Source: Phycisphaerales bacterium UBA2218 (GTDB lineage: Bacteria; Planctomycetota; Phycisphaerae; Sedimentisphaerales; Anaerobacaceae). From it: DNA of 64,000 bases. Positions 48,899-58,979 of the stretch are shown in pieces. The DNA lies in the NCBI GenBank assembly GCA_002327785.1, contig DCUI01000269.1, positions 7,095 to 71,094 of the forward strand, given 5' to 3'. Position numbers and translations under genes: made by a program. The number at the start of each line of letters is the position of its first letter. The stretch's first letter is position 1. The notes under the pieces are model-generated. The model saw only the letters and a list, made by a program, of their open reading frames with translations, was not told where the DNA came from and did not search any database.

Positions 48899-49558
48899 TT
48901 GGCACGCAGGCGAAACCACAGACGCGCATGGAGCAGACGTAAACGAGCCGTCCTGGTCGGTATCACGCTGATCGGGACGGCTCTCATCGTTGGGCTCGAC
49001 CGGGGTCTTGTAGCCCCAAAATGGGCGAGGCTGCTAACGCCGCGAGAGCGGACCATCGCCACGGACGCGGCTCAATATGACGGCCGGAGTTTCTCGGCCG
49101 TCCGGGCCGTCGATGGCGACACGCTTCACCTGGACGTCCCGGATTCCACGGATAAGACGACCAAGGTCCGGCTCATCGGAATCGATGCCCCGGAAATGGG
49201 GTGGGGCAATACGGAGCGGATGTACTACGCCGAGGAGGCCGCGACGATCGTGAAGCAATGGACCCTCGGTCGTGAGGTCACAGTCTATCTCGATCCGCAG
49301 TCCGGCAGCCGGGATCGATACGGACGGCTGCTCGCGTACATCCAGTTGCCCGATGGGAGGTTCCTGAACGAGGAGCTTCTCTCGGAAGGGTTCGCGTACG
49401 CCGACTTGCGGTTCAAGCACGGGTACTTTCAGAAATACCGACAGTTGGAGGCCAGCGCCCGAGCTCTAAAGAAAGGACTCTGGGCTCACGTCAAGCCCGA
49501 GCAAATGCCCGCGTGGCGACAGCGGAAACGAACCGCTCCGGACAGTGATTTGGAGTGA
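48899..49558 (+). CDS. Membrane-anchored thermonuclease (SNase-like) family protein
   Basis: N-terminal basic stretch plus a TM segment. VDGDTLHL...VRLIGIDAPE...DRYGRLLAYI...NEELLSEGFAY. The start is an inferred TTG. Confidence 0.7.
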   Translation: MARRRNHRRAWSRRKRAVLVGITLIGTALIVGLDRGLVAPKWARLLTPRERTIATDAAQYDGRSFSAVRAVDGDTLHLDVPDSTDKTTKVRLIGIDAPEMGWGNTERMYYAEEAATIVKQWTLGREVTVYLDPQSGSRDRYGRLLAYIQLPDGRFLNEELLSEGFAYADLRFKHGYFQKYRQLEASARALKKGLWAHVKPEQMPAWRQRKRTAPDSDLE

Positions 49559-49609
49559 TTCCGCGTCAATCCGGACTCCTCGCAGGGAGCGGCAACCGCC
49601 CGCACTGCT

Positions 49610-50989
49610 CTACAGGTTGTATTCCTTGATCTTGCGGTAGAGGGTCCGTTCGCCGATGCCGAGGATCTTGGCGGCCTGCTCACGATTGCCCTGTGTCCTG
49701 GCCAGCGTATCCACAATCGCCTTCTTCTCAAGATCGTTGAGCGAGACCCCGGCCAGATTGGCCGGCGCGGCGCTGCTGCCCGGGAGTTGCCGACGCTGCG
49801 AAAGCTCGGGCGGAAGATCCTGGAGGTCGATCTTGTCACGGTCGCACATGACTACCATGGTCCGGATCATGTTCCTGAGCTGACGGATGTTGCCCGGCCA
49901 CTCATAACCGGTCACGATACTCATGGCCGCGGCCGTAAATCCCGTGACCTTTGAGCCTGTCTCCTCCACCGCTTCCTGCAGGAAGTGCTCCGCCAGGATC
50001 GGAATGTCGTCCGTCCGTTCCCGCAGCGGCGGCAGGCTGATATTTACGCCTCGAATCCGAAAGTAAAGATCCTCGCGGAACTCTTTTCGCTCGATGAGCT
50101 TCGTCAGGCTGCGATTGGTGGCACTGATAATCCGGACATTGACGACCGTGGCCTTGGTCGATCCGACGGGCACCACAACCCCGTCTTCGATCACACGCAG
50201 AAGCTTCGCCTGCATCGTCAGTGGCATGTCCCCGATCTCGTCGAGGAAGAGCGTCCCCTCATCGGCGACCTCGAACAGCCCTTTGCGATCCGTGTTGGCG
50301 CCGGTGAACGCGCCCTTGACGTGCCCGAACAGCTCGCTCTCCAGCAGCGTCTCCGTTAACCCCGCGCAATTCACCGGCTTGAAGGGCTTGCTCCGCCGAA
50401 GCGAATTGTTGTGAATGGCCCGGGCCAGCAACTCCTTGCCCGTGCCCGAAGGGCCCTCGATGAGGACTGCGATGTTGGTGGGGGCCACCCTGCGAACGAC
50501 TTCGAAGATGCCCTGCATGGCAGGACTGACTCCCTTGATCCCCTCGAAGAGGAAGGCTCCCAGTTCCGTGGCGACCTCGGCGCGCTCGGCGTGGGCGGCA
50601 GCAGCTTTGCGGGCCGCCTGCTCGACCAGTGCGCGAAGTTGATCGATGTCGAGCGGTTTGACGAGATAATCGAACGCCCCTTGCCGAATCGCCTCCTTGC
50701 AATTCTCGATTGTCGCGTAGGCCGTGATCAGAATCACCTCGGTGGAGCCGCTGTGCCGCTTGGCCTCACGAAGAACGTCCAGACCATCGACCCGCCCTTC
50801 CAGCTTCAGATCGGTCACGACCACATCGACCGCCTGATTGCGAAGCACCTCAACGGCATGTTCGCCCGTATACACAGCGAGGGCCTTGACGGACAGCTTC
50901 CCAAGCGCCTCGACGATCCCGTCGGCGTGGTCCCGTTCATCATCAACCACCAAGATTACCGGTTTCTGCTCTGTCCAGTGACTACCCAA
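49610..50989 (-). CDS. Sigma54-dependent response regulator (NtrC family: REC + AAA+ + Fis-type HTH)
   Basis: ILVVDDE...VVTDLKL (REC). GPSGTGKELLARAIH, ESELFGHVKGAFTGA (GAFTGA loop). C-terminal RTLYRKIKEY HTH. The start is an inferred TTG. Confidence 0.85.
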   Translation of the reverse strand: MGSHWTEQKPVILVVDDERDHADGIVEALGKLSVKALAVYTGEHAVEVLRNQAVDVVVTDLKLEGRVDGLDVLREAKRHSGSTEVILITAYATIENCKEAIRQGAFDYLVKPLDIDQLRALVEQAARKAAAAHAERAEVATELGAFLFEGIKGVSPAMQGIFEVVRRVAPTNIAVLIEGPSGTGKELLARAIHNNSLRRSKPFKPVNCAGLTETLLESELFGHVKGAFTGANTDRKGLFEVADEGTLFLDEIGDMPLTMQAKLLRVIEDGVVVPVGSTKATVVNVRIISATNRSLTKLIERKEFREDLYFRIRGVNISLPPLRERTDDIPILAEHFLQEAVEETGSKVTGFTAAAMSIVTGYEWPGNIRQLRNMIRTMVVMCDRDKIDLQDLPPELSQRRQLPGSSAAPANLAGVSLNDLEKKAIVDTLARTQGNREQAAKILGIGERTLYRKIKEYNL

Positions 50990-51018
50990 CCTTACACCTT
51001 CATACGGCGCGGGGAACG

Positions 51019-51966
51019 CTATTTCCTGAAGGAGGGCAAGTCCGGCTCGATATGCACCGTGATGTTCACAGGCCGGCTGATTTCCTCATCCAGGGTCTTC
51101 TCCAGCCGCTCCGAGATGTCATGGGCGGCGGCCACGTTCAACTGCGGGTCCACCAGAATATGAACGTCCAGAAACACCTCGCGTCCGACCGTGCGGGTCC
51201 GCAGCCTGTGCCACTGACGGATGGCGGGATTGGCGCTTATCACGCCCTTGATGAGATCCACCGTCTCGGGATCAACCGCGCCCTCGGTCAGTTCCATGAG
51301 CGACCCGGCCACGACTTTGCAGCCGACGAAGATAATCATCAGGCCCACGGCCATGGCGGCCGCCTGATCCCCATGGTCGAAACCGGCCACGATCGCCACG
51401 AAGCCGATCAGCACGGCCACGGAACTGAAGGCGTCACTGCGATGGTGCCAGGCATTCGCGTACACGGCGGGGCTGTGAAGCCCCATCGCCACGTTCTTTG
51501 TCACCCGGTAGAGCCATTCCTTGGCAACAATCGACAGCAAAGCCCCTGCCAGAACTCCCCAGTGGATCCCGGTCATCTCATTTCTCGCGATGGACATCGT
51601 CGCCTGATAGATCATGAAACCACCCACCGCGATCAGCACCATCGCGACGAAAGCGGCAGAGAAGGTCTCGATCCGTCCATGGCCGTAGGGGTGAGTTCGG
51701 TCCGGTTTCTTGGCCCCCCAGTACGACCCGACGATGACCGCAATATCGGTCGCCAGGTCCGAGAGCGAATGAATCGCATCCGCGATCATCGCCAGCGAGG
51801 AAACCGCCACGCCGATGACCATCTTGACGACCGCCAGAATGATATTGACGACTGCGCCCAGGTAGGTCACGGAACGAATCTGACGACCGGCAGCATCATG
51901 TTTGGCATCTATCGGCACGGACTCATCCCACAACGGACTTGCGTATTCCGGAAACGACCTCGACAT
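51019..51966 (-). CDS. Cation diffusion facilitator (CDF) family transporter
   Basis: Six TM segments with HSLSDLATD and HHRSDAFSS metal-site motifs, plus a C-terminal cytoplasmic domain. Overlaps the upstream gene by 44 nt. Confidence 0.8.
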   Translation of the reverse strand: MSRSFPEYASPLWDESVPIDAKHDAAGRQIRSVTYLGAVVNIILAVVKMVIGVAVSSLAMIADAIHSLSDLATDIAVIVGSYWGAKKPDRTHPYGHGRIETFSAAFVAMVLIAVGGFMIYQATMSIARNEMTGIHWGVLAGALLSIVAKEWLYRVTKNVAMGLHSPAVYANAWHHRSDAFSSVAVLIGFVAIVAGFDHGDQAAAMAVGLMIIFVGCKVVAGSLMELTEGAVDPETVDLIKGVISANPAIRQWHRLRTRTVGREVFLDVHILVDPQLNVAAAHDISERLEKTLDEEISRPVNITVHIEPDLPSFRK

Positions 51967-53335
51967 AACGTCTGGCGGCGGACTCGTCGCGGGTCTCCAC
52001 GATGATCCTCATCACGGGCTCGGTGTTGCTCATCCGCAGGTGAATCCAGCCATCGGGGAAGTCGAGCCGCAGGCCATCCGAGGTGTTCGCAGCGGCCCCG
52101 GCAAACGTCTCGGCCGCCTGGTTCATGATCTGGTGCGCCTGCTGGGAATCGGCGGCGAACTTGTCCTTGTGCACATGGTAGCCGCCGATCTCCCGCACCA
52201 GCCCGCTGATGCCCTTGCCCGTCTCGGCCATCAACTGCAGGACCAAGGCCATTCCGACGAGGCTGTCCCGAATGGGGCCCACTCGCAGATCGATGACGCC
52301 TCCGTTCCCTTCGCCGCCGATGACACAACCGTGCTCGATCATCGCGTTGGCCACGTGGGCTTCGCCGACCGGAGTGCGTATGACGCGGCCACCCGCCTGT
52401 GCCGCCACGTCGTCGATCATCCGCGAGGTGGATAGATTGGCGGCCGCCGTCCCGGAGCCGCAGGAGAAGACGTGCTTGGCCGCCAGGGCCAGGGTGTACT
52501 CTTCTCCGATGTAGACGCCGTTCTCATCCACGATGGCCAGCCGGTCCGCATCCGGGTCCTGGGCAAATCCCAGGTCCGCCTTCTCCTGCCTCACCCGGCT
52601 GCACAAATCGCCCAGGTTCGCGGCGGTAGGCTCGGCGCCATGGGCGAACAGACCCGTCGGCTCGTCATTCATCGCAACAACCTCACAGCCGAGTTGGGCC
52701 AGAAGCTTCTTGCCGGCCCAGGCCCCCGCTCCGTTCACGCTGTCGAGAACAATCCGGTATTTCTTCTCGGCGATCCGCCCGGCATCAACCGTGGCCAGGA
52801 CCTTCGCGACGTGAATCCGGTCCGTCTCGTCGTTGCGGCTCACCACGCCGCAGAGAACGGAATCGACAAAGCGGATGCGGCCATCGAGAAAGGCCTGCTT
52901 GATCTGCTCAGCCATGGCCGGCGGCGGGGCCATCCCATTGCTCAGCAGCAGCTTGATGCCGTTGTACGGGAGCGGATTGTGCGACGCCGTAATGACGATG
53001 CCGCCGTCACAACCGAGCTCGCGCAGCATGATGCCTACGCCCGGTGTGGTCACGAGACCCAGATCGATCACGTCCACGCCGACCGCACACAGCCCCGCCG
53101 TCATGGCGGACATGAGCATCTGGCCGCTGACGCGCGAATCGCGCCCGATGCAGACCTTCAGCCGCCGACCGTCTGCGCCGTCGCTGTCCTTCAGAAAGGT
53201 CCCGAAGACGCAGCCGTACTGGGTCGCAATGACGGGCGTGAGGTTCTCCCCAATCACACCCCTCATCCCACTAACACTGATGATAAGGCTCTCGGCTATC
53301 TCGCACACTCCATTCGCGCACGACCAACCATCCAC
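51923..53335 (-). CDS. Phosphohexomutase (phosphoglucosamine/phosphomannomutase family)
   Basis: SGMRGVIGENLTP, active-site loop TASHNPLPYNGIK, metal loop DPDADRL, and GGEGNGG. Confidence 0.8.
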   Translation of the reverse strand: MDGWSCANGVCEIAESLIISVSGMRGVIGENLTPVIATQYGCVFGTFLKDSDGADGRRLKVCIGRDSRVSGQMLMSAMTAGLCAVGVDVIDLGLVTTPGVGIMLRELGCDGGIVITASHNPLPYNGIKLLLSNGMAPPPAMAEQIKQAFLDGRIRFVDSVLCGVVSRNDETDRIHVAKVLATVDAGRIAEKKYRIVLDSVNGAGAWAGKKLLAQLGCEVVAMNDEPTGLFAHGAEPTAANLGDLCSRVRQEKADLGFAQDPDADRLAIVDENGVYIGEEYTLALAAKHVFSCGSGTAAANLSTSRMIDDVAAQAGGRVIRTPVGEAHVANAMIEHGCVIGGEGNGGVIDLRVGPIRDSLVGMALVLQLMAETGKGISGLVREIGGYHVHKDKFAADSQQAHQIMNQAAETFAGAAANTSDGLRLDFPDGWIHLRMSNTEPVMRIIVETRDESAARRYVEVVSGIRKSVVG

Positions 53336-53388
53336 TGCCGATGGAAGCAGCAGTCAACTTATCCATCGTATGAGGAAGCGCATAAGAA

Positions 53389-54978
53389 TCAGTCGAGCGT
53401 GCAGACGTACAATTCGTTGACGAAATCGAGCTTCTTGAGCTCCTCGACGGTGGCCGCATCGGGCTCCTTGTCGAGGCTCACCGCCAGGACCGCTTTCTGC
53501 ATTTCGAGCTTCTGGCCGACGCCCATCGTGCCGATGTTGATGCCGTGATTGCCGAGAATCGTGCCGACCGAGCCGATCACGCCGGGGCGGTCCTCGTTGA
53601 AGATCACCAGCACCGTGCCCTGCGGCGTCATCTCGACGTGGAAGTCATCGACCTCGATGATTCGCAGCAGCGTCTCACCGAACACCGAACCTCTGACGGT
53701 TCGCTTGACCTCGCTCGTCGTGACGGTCGCGCTGAAGCTCGACGCGACGTCCCTGGCCTCGGGGTTCTTCGTCTCGTCGATGCTGATGCCCCGCTCCTTG
53801 GCAAGGACCGGCGTGTTGACCATGTTCAGCGGCATCTCGAAGTGCCTCTGGAGCAGACCCATGGCGAAGTTCAGCGTGATGGGCTGAACCGTCATGTCGG
53901 CCACGGTCCCGCGATACTCCACCTGGACTGCCTTGATGTTTCCGGGAGCAATGATGCTCAGGAGGTTGCCGATGCGCCGAGCCAGGTCTGCATACTGGCC
54001 GACGGCAGCCGGCACGGCGCCGGAGGACGACGGGGCGTTGACCGCGTTGCGAATCGGGCCGTTCTTGATCGCATCGAGCAGGATCTCGGCCGCCTCGACG
54101 GCCACTTCGACCTGCGCCTCTTCCGTGCTGGCGCCGAGGTGCGGCGTGACGATGCAGTTGTCCAGCGCGGCGAACCGCAGATCCTGCGGCGGCTCAGAAG
54201 AAAACACATCGAGCGCAGCGCCGGCAATCTTCTTCTTCGACAACGCCTCGTAGAGAGCGTCCTCGTTGATGATGCCGCCTCGCGCACAGTTGACCAATCG
54301 AACCGTCGGCTTCATCATCGCGAGCTGGTCGGCGCCGATCATGTTCAGCGTCTGCGGGTTCCTGGGCACATGAATCGTGATGAAATCGGACTCGCGGAAG
54401 ATCCGTTCCAGCTTGTCGGTCACCTCGACGCCCAGCTGTTCGGCGTCCTTCGGCGCCGACAGCGGATCGTATCCCAGAATCTTCATATTCAGACCGTGGG
54501 CCATCCGCGCCACCGCCATGCCGATTCGGCCCAAGCCAATCACGCCAAGGACCTTGTTATTGAGTTGGTTGCCTGTGTATTTCTTTCGATCCCAGGCGCC
54601 GGATTTGAGGCTATTGCAGGCCTGCACGACGTTTCGGCTCATCGCCAGCATGAGGGCCATCGTATGCTCGGCCGCACTGAGCGTGTTGCCGCCGGGAGTA
54701 TTCATCACCAGGATGCCCTTGCGGGTCGCAGATGGTACGTCGATGTTGTCCACGCCGACGCCCGCCCGAGCAACGCCCTTCAGGCGGCCCGGATTGGCAA
54801 GGACCTTGGCAGTCACTTTCGTGTCGCTGCGGACGATCAGCCCATCGTAGTCGCAAATGATGTTGCACAACTCATCTTCACTGATGCCTATCTTGACAAC
54901 CGCCTCAGCGCCTGCGGTGGCGTTGATCAGATCGATCCCTTCCTTTGCCAGCTTGTCCGTGATGAGCACTTTGATCAT
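53389..54978 (-). CDS. serA: D-3-phosphoglycerate dehydrogenase (long form with ASB and ACT domains)
   Basis: MIKVLITDKL..., GVIGLGRIGMAVA (NAD binding), and a C-terminal ACT domain (LVIFNEDRPGVIGSVGTILG). The track ORF start at 55068 is an extension. Confidence 0.9.
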   Translation of the reverse strand: MIKVLITDKLAKEGIDLINATAGAEAVVKIGISEDELCNIICDYDGLIVRSDTKVTAKVLANPGRLKGVARAGVGVDNIDVPSATRKGILVMNTPGGNTLSAAEHTMALMLAMSRNVVQACNSLKSGAWDRKKYTGNQLNNKVLGVIGLGRIGMAVARMAHGLNMKILGYDPLSAPKDAEQLGVEVTDKLERIFRESDFITIHVPRNPQTLNMIGADQLAMMKPTVRLVNCARGGIINEDALYEALSKKKIAGAALDVFSSEPPQDLRFAALDNCIVTPHLGASTEEAQVEVAVEAAEILLDAIKNGPIRNAVNAPSSSGAVPAAVGQYADLARRIGNLLSIIAPGNIKAVQVEYRGTVADMTVQPITLNFAMGLLQRHFEMPLNMVNTPVLAKERGISIDETKNPEARDVASSFSATVTTSEVKRTVRGSVFGETLLRIIEVDDFHVEMTPQGTVLVIFNEDRPGVIGSVGTILGNHGINIGTMGVGQKLEMQKAVLAVSLDKEPDAATVEELKKLDFVNELYVCTLD

Positions 54979-55015
54979 AGCAACACTCCCAGAAGTCTTC
55001 AATCCACCGTCCGTC

Positions 55016-55483
55016 TCAGGTCTGTGCCGCCAAGGCGCGTGCCAAGGTGACCGCCCATCCAGCGGCAAGGATCACGAGCAGACCCACAACCACGTGTACG
55101 ATCCTGACCCGGGCAAACACCCGGTCCAGGAAATTGAAATATATGCCGAAGGCAGCGATCAGAAAAGCGAAAAATGTCGCAACAATCAGCATGCTGCACA
55201 GCAGAGCCGCCGCAGGCTGCACATAGAACGCCGTGAGCACCTCGCCGCGGGCAAAGGCCAGAACGGCGGTCGTCATCCCACAGGTTGGACACGTCAGGCC
55301 GGTCCGCATCTTCAGGCCGCAGGGCGGAAAAAGCACCCCGAAGTCAAAACCCACCCTCTGCAGCAGCCACAGGCCAACAAAAGCGCCTGTGACGCCACAG
55401 ACGATGACGACGCCGACCTTGCGTTGCCTCGCGGACGCCCGGCATACCGCTTTCGTCTTGTTATCCTGTTGGCCTTCCCGCAT
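55016..55483 (-). CDS. DUF2752-domain membrane protein
   Basis: CGLKMRTGLTCPTCGMTTA, the CxxC motif region typical of DUF2752, flanked by TM helices. The start is uncertain (55483, 55516 or 55558). Confidence 0.55.
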   Translation of the reverse strand: MREGQQDNKTKAVCRASARQRKVGVVIVCGVTGAFVGLWLLQRVGFDFGVLFPPCGLKMRTGLTCPTCGMTTAVLAFARGEVLTAFYVQPAAALLCSMLIVATFFAFLIAAFGIYFNFLDRVFARVRIVHVVVGLLVILAAGWAVTLARALAAQT

Positions 55484-55543
55484 ATTCACTGTAGAATAGA
55501 ACCCGCGTTCAGACATGTCAATGCATACGACAGGTGGAGCATT

Positions 55544-56359
55544 ATGTCCTTGGAACAAAAAGACTTAAGCGAGATCCTGGAGACGGCGATCGTGGCCGCC
55601 CGTCTTGCGGGCCAGCATGCGATGGAGCAGATGGACAACGTCAAGGTTGTCAAGAAAAGCGAGAACGAGCTGGTCACCCAGGTCGATTCCCAGTGCCAGC
55701 GGATCGTCATGCAGCGGATACGCGAGACCTTTCCGGATCATGGATTCATTGCGGAGGAGGGAGAGAACGGCAGAATGTTCAAACGCCCCCCCATGGGCGA
55801 GCCGGCCATCTGGTGGATCATCGACCCAATCGATGGGACGCACAATTTCATCCACGGCATCCCGATCTTCGCGGTCAGCGTGGCCGCGATGTTCGAGGGT
55901 GAGCCAATCGTCGGCGTGATCTTCCACCCGGCCACCGATGCCATGTTCACAGCCGTCAAGGGGGGCGAAGCCCAATTGGACGGTCGACACATCACCGTCG
56001 GGGAAGACGAGATCGGCCCGCTCACGAGCGTCGGTCTCGACAGTCGTTTCGATGGTGACTTGCCGGCGTGGGCAGGGAATCTGATCCAACGTTCGCGGTT
56101 CCGCAATTTCGGCACCACGGCCTTGCACCTCGCTTATATCGCCCGGGGCGGGCTGGTGGCCGCGGCCATGAGTACGCCCAAGCTGTGGGATATTGCGGCC
56201 GGAGTGGTCATTGCCGAGGCCGCCGGCGCGATCATCACAGATTGGAACGGCGCCAAGCTCTTCCCTGTCGATCTCGACGCCTACATGGGACAGGCGTTCC
56301 ACGTCGTGGCCGGCAACCCAAAAGCACACGCGAGCCTCTTGGATACGATGCGGAGATAA
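55544..56359 (+). CDS. suhB: Inositol monophosphatase family protein
   Basis: FIAEEG, WIIDPIDGTHNFIHG, and WDIAAG motifs. GGTGGAG RBS. The 230-codon upstream part of the track ORF is antisense to serA/DUF2752 and not protein-like. Confidence 0.85.
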   Translation: MSLEQKDLSEILETAIVAARLAGQHAMEQMDNVKVVKKSENELVTQVDSQCQRIVMQRIRETFPDHGFIAEEGENGRMFKRPPMGEPAIWWIIDPIDGTHNFIHGIPIFAVSVAAMFEGEPIVGVIFHPATDAMFTAVKGGEAQLDGRHITVGEDEIGPLTSVGLDSRFDGDLPAWAGNLIQRSRFRNFGTTALHLAYIARGGLVAAAMSTPKLWDIAAGVVIAEAAGAIITDWNGAKLFPVDLDAYMGQAFHVVAGNPKAHASLLDTMRR

Positions 56360-56362
56360 CGG

Positions 56363-58969
56363 CTATCGCGGGTCGGGCACAAGATGCCAGGCCACGAGAC
56401 GAACCTTGCCGCCGGAGGAATCGACCCGGCTCCTGTCGACAATCGCAACGATCCGCCTTTGGGGGCCACTTTCCCCAATCCGGACCAGAACATAGGCCGT
56501 GAAGACGTCGCTTCGCACCGTGACCAGATCACTGATCCGCCTGAAAATCAGGTCCCGCTCCTCGAAGTCATCGCGGGCCGTATCGGGCGTCAGGTCCGGA
56601 CCCCTGGGCGTGTCGGCGTACTGATTGTCCAACTGGTCGAACATCAGGCTGCGCATCGATGGGATCTGCATCAGATCGCCGATACTTCGATACGGGTTGC
56701 CTGCGCCGCTGCCGACCCGGTAGTTGACGATATCCGTCGCCCTGCCGAATGCCGTGCTCTCTCCATATCGCATCCAGGGAAGCTGTGCGAGGACAAATGC
56801 CGGCGCCGTGTTGATGTTGATTCGACCCGTAATACGCGTCTCGTTCGGGTCGCGCCATCGGGCCGGATCGATCACCGTCAGATAGTTGAATAGCTTGGAG
56901 TTGCTCGGATCAGCCAGGTCCAGCAATGCGTCGGCCGCAAGCGCTCCCTCCCGCAGGCTGTATACGCTCTCGCGGAAGATCATGCCCAGCTCGCCGATGT
57001 TGGTCAGCGGCTTGTTCGCCGGATGGGCCTGGATCGTCTCGGGCCGCTGCGTGTCCACGTAACTACCCACCGCGTTGCCGAGGGCCGGTATGGACGGCTG
57101 TGTCGCAGGGGCCCACAATCGGCGAACACATTTGTGCGGCGAGATGTCCCGCTGAAGGCTGCGGGCGACGTCATCGGCCTGCATCCAACCATCGGGGACT
57201 CTCACAAAATCGACATAGGGCGGGTTCGCAGCTCCCGGGACGACGCGTTGCAGGGAGATTGTGGACCCCGCCTCGAACCAGAATGCGGTCGGATCGAGCT
57301 GCTGAGGCGCCCCCTCATAATCGTTGCGGCTGTAGCCGTAGAGGGGCATTGTGTCCGCCGGCTCTTCGGCATCCGCGAATACGACGTAGTCCTCGGACAG
57401 CAGCGCCGCCGGGTCCTCAGCCAGAATCACATGGAACCGCCTCGATCCACTCCATGTCAGCGACACCTGGATCTGCGGGCCCGTGGGCCTTGATGGATTG
57501 GTGATCACGAGCCTCCACTCGTCGGGCTTGGGGTCCCTATCCTCGAAATACGGCCTGTATAGCTCGATCGCGTAGGAGGAACGAGGCTGCCCCGCCGCAT
57601 CGAGCACCTGCCGGCAGGCCAGCTCGGAGATGTAGATGCAGGGCCGCTCGAAACCGAAGTAGGGAGAAGATAGGCCGGAGAGGACCGTGACCTCATCATC
57701 ATCGTCGATGTAGTCTCGGAGATTCGCGGTGATTTGCGCGGAGTCACCGTTGGGGTCCGCCGTGGTCAGCGCTGCGGCAATCGCCGTTCGCAGCGTGTCC
57801 TCGTCGGTCGTGTTGACATTCACCATCTTCCTGCGCCGGGTCCCATCAGCAAGCTCCAGCGGCTCCGGCGTGATGATCCGGTCCATGTTGTAGGTCGTGG
57901 CGATGTGCCGGTACGCATAGTTGGGATCCGCCCCGCCGCCGGCCGCCCGCCGGAACCATACATCCAGATCCCGGCCGCCGGAGTCCACCGGAGTCGAGAT
58001 CGCGTTCGTTCTGAAGCGCCCACAATCCTCCACGCGCGTGTTCGTGTTCTTTTGGTTGAGCAGGTACCGATACCGAAGCTCCAGCTCATCGGACATGTCG
58101 AACGGAGTATATGGAGACGGCTGAGATACGCCCGGGTTCTTCACATCCAGGTACTGCCAGATCACCTTCCTCTCATAGTCGTCCAGATTCCGCGTCGCGG
58201 CGGCGTTCGCCCCATTGTTGGCGCGTGCTTTCAAGAGAGTCGTCTCGTCCTGTGTCTGCGGTTGAGAGCCGGGTGCGGCCGCCAGCGTCAGGACGTTGAT
58301 CTGGAGCTGACTGGTGCCATCGACCCCAGAGTCGTTCGGATCCCTGGATTCGTTCGGGTCCGCCTGGCCGGGTCTGAACCCCGTGTTCATGTTCAGCATG
58401 GCGCCGTGATCGACGATGCGGACCGCCGCATAGAACGGCCTGCCTTTGCTCGTCATCATATCGGGCACCCGGAACCATCGGGCATCGCCGACGCCATCGC
58501 CGTCGGCGTCGGCCGTCGTCAGGCTCGGATCGGCAGTCAGGTTGGGATCGATTGGATCGCGTTCTCCCACGACCTGGATGGTGAGATCGTTTGCACGAAC
58601 CATCGACGAACCCACCAGGTTGCTGATCTGTCGCCAGTAGTACTTTCGTGCGGATCCGCTTCCCGATGCGTAGGGCTCGAGATCGGCCAGCCAGGGATTC
58701 TTGTCATCGGGGTAATCGTAATACTCCTGATTGGGTGTGACTCCGGGAACATCATCGATCAGGGCCTGATTGATTTGCGCCAGAACCGTGTCGAGAGCAC
58801 AGGTCAGTTCCCGGCTTTCCGTGGCCGCCGTTGTGGCCATCCTGTCGATCCGCGACGCCATCACGAAGAGCACGCCGACGATGGCCAGCAGGCTCGTGAG
58901 AACCACCGTCAGGATCAGGGCAGAGCCCCGGGGCCAGGTCGCCGCGATATGTTCAACCCGTTCCTTCAT
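56363..58969 (-). CDS. gspK: Oversized GspK-like minor pseudopilin
   Basis: N-terminal RGSALILTVVLTSLLAIVGVLF hydrophobic segment and C-terminal GRININTAPAFVLAQLP (GspK helix-hairpin-helix-like). Last gene of the pseudopilin operon. ATG 58969 with a GGAG RBS is preferred over TTG 58999. Confidence 0.6.
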   Translation of the reverse strand: MKERVEHIAATWPRGSALILTVVLTSLLAIVGVLFVMASRIDRMATTAATESRELTCALDTVLAQINQALIDDVPGVTPNQEYYDYPDDKNPWLADLEPYASGSGSARKYYWRQISNLVGSSMVRANDLTIQVVGERDPIDPNLTADPSLTTADADGDGVGDARWFRVPDMMTSKGRPFYAAVRIVDHGAMLNMNTGFRPGQADPNESRDPNDSGVDGTSQLQINVLTLAAAPGSQPQTQDETTLLKARANNGANAAATRNLDDYERKVIWQYLDVKNPGVSQPSPYTPFDMSDELELRYRYLLNQKNTNTRVEDCGRFRTNAISTPVDSGGRDLDVWFRRAAGGGADPNYAYRHIATTYNMDRIITPEPLELADGTRRRKMVNVNTTDEDTLRTAIAAALTTADPNGDSAQITANLRDYIDDDDEVTVLSGLSSPYFGFERPCIYISELACRQVLDAAGQPRSSYAIELYRPYFEDRDPKPDEWRLVITNPSRPTGPQIQVSLTWSGSRRFHVILAEDPAALLSEDYVVFADAEEPADTMPLYGYSRNDYEGAPQQLDPTAFWFEAGSTISLQRVVPGAANPPYVDFVRVPDGWMQADDVARSLQRDISPHKCVRRLWAPATQPSIPALGNAVGSYVDTQRPETIQAHPANKPLTNIGELGMIFRESVYSLREGALAADALLDLADPSNSKLFNYLTVIDPARWRDPNETRITGRININTAPAFVLAQLPWMRYGESTAFGRATDIVNYRVGSGAGNPYRSIGDLMQIPSMRSLMFDQLDNQYADTPRGPDLTPDTARDDFEERDLIFRRISDLVTVRSDVFTAYVLVRIGESGPQRRIVAIVDRSRVDSSGGKVRLVAWHLVPDPR

Positions 58970-58979
58970 GACTGCTCCA

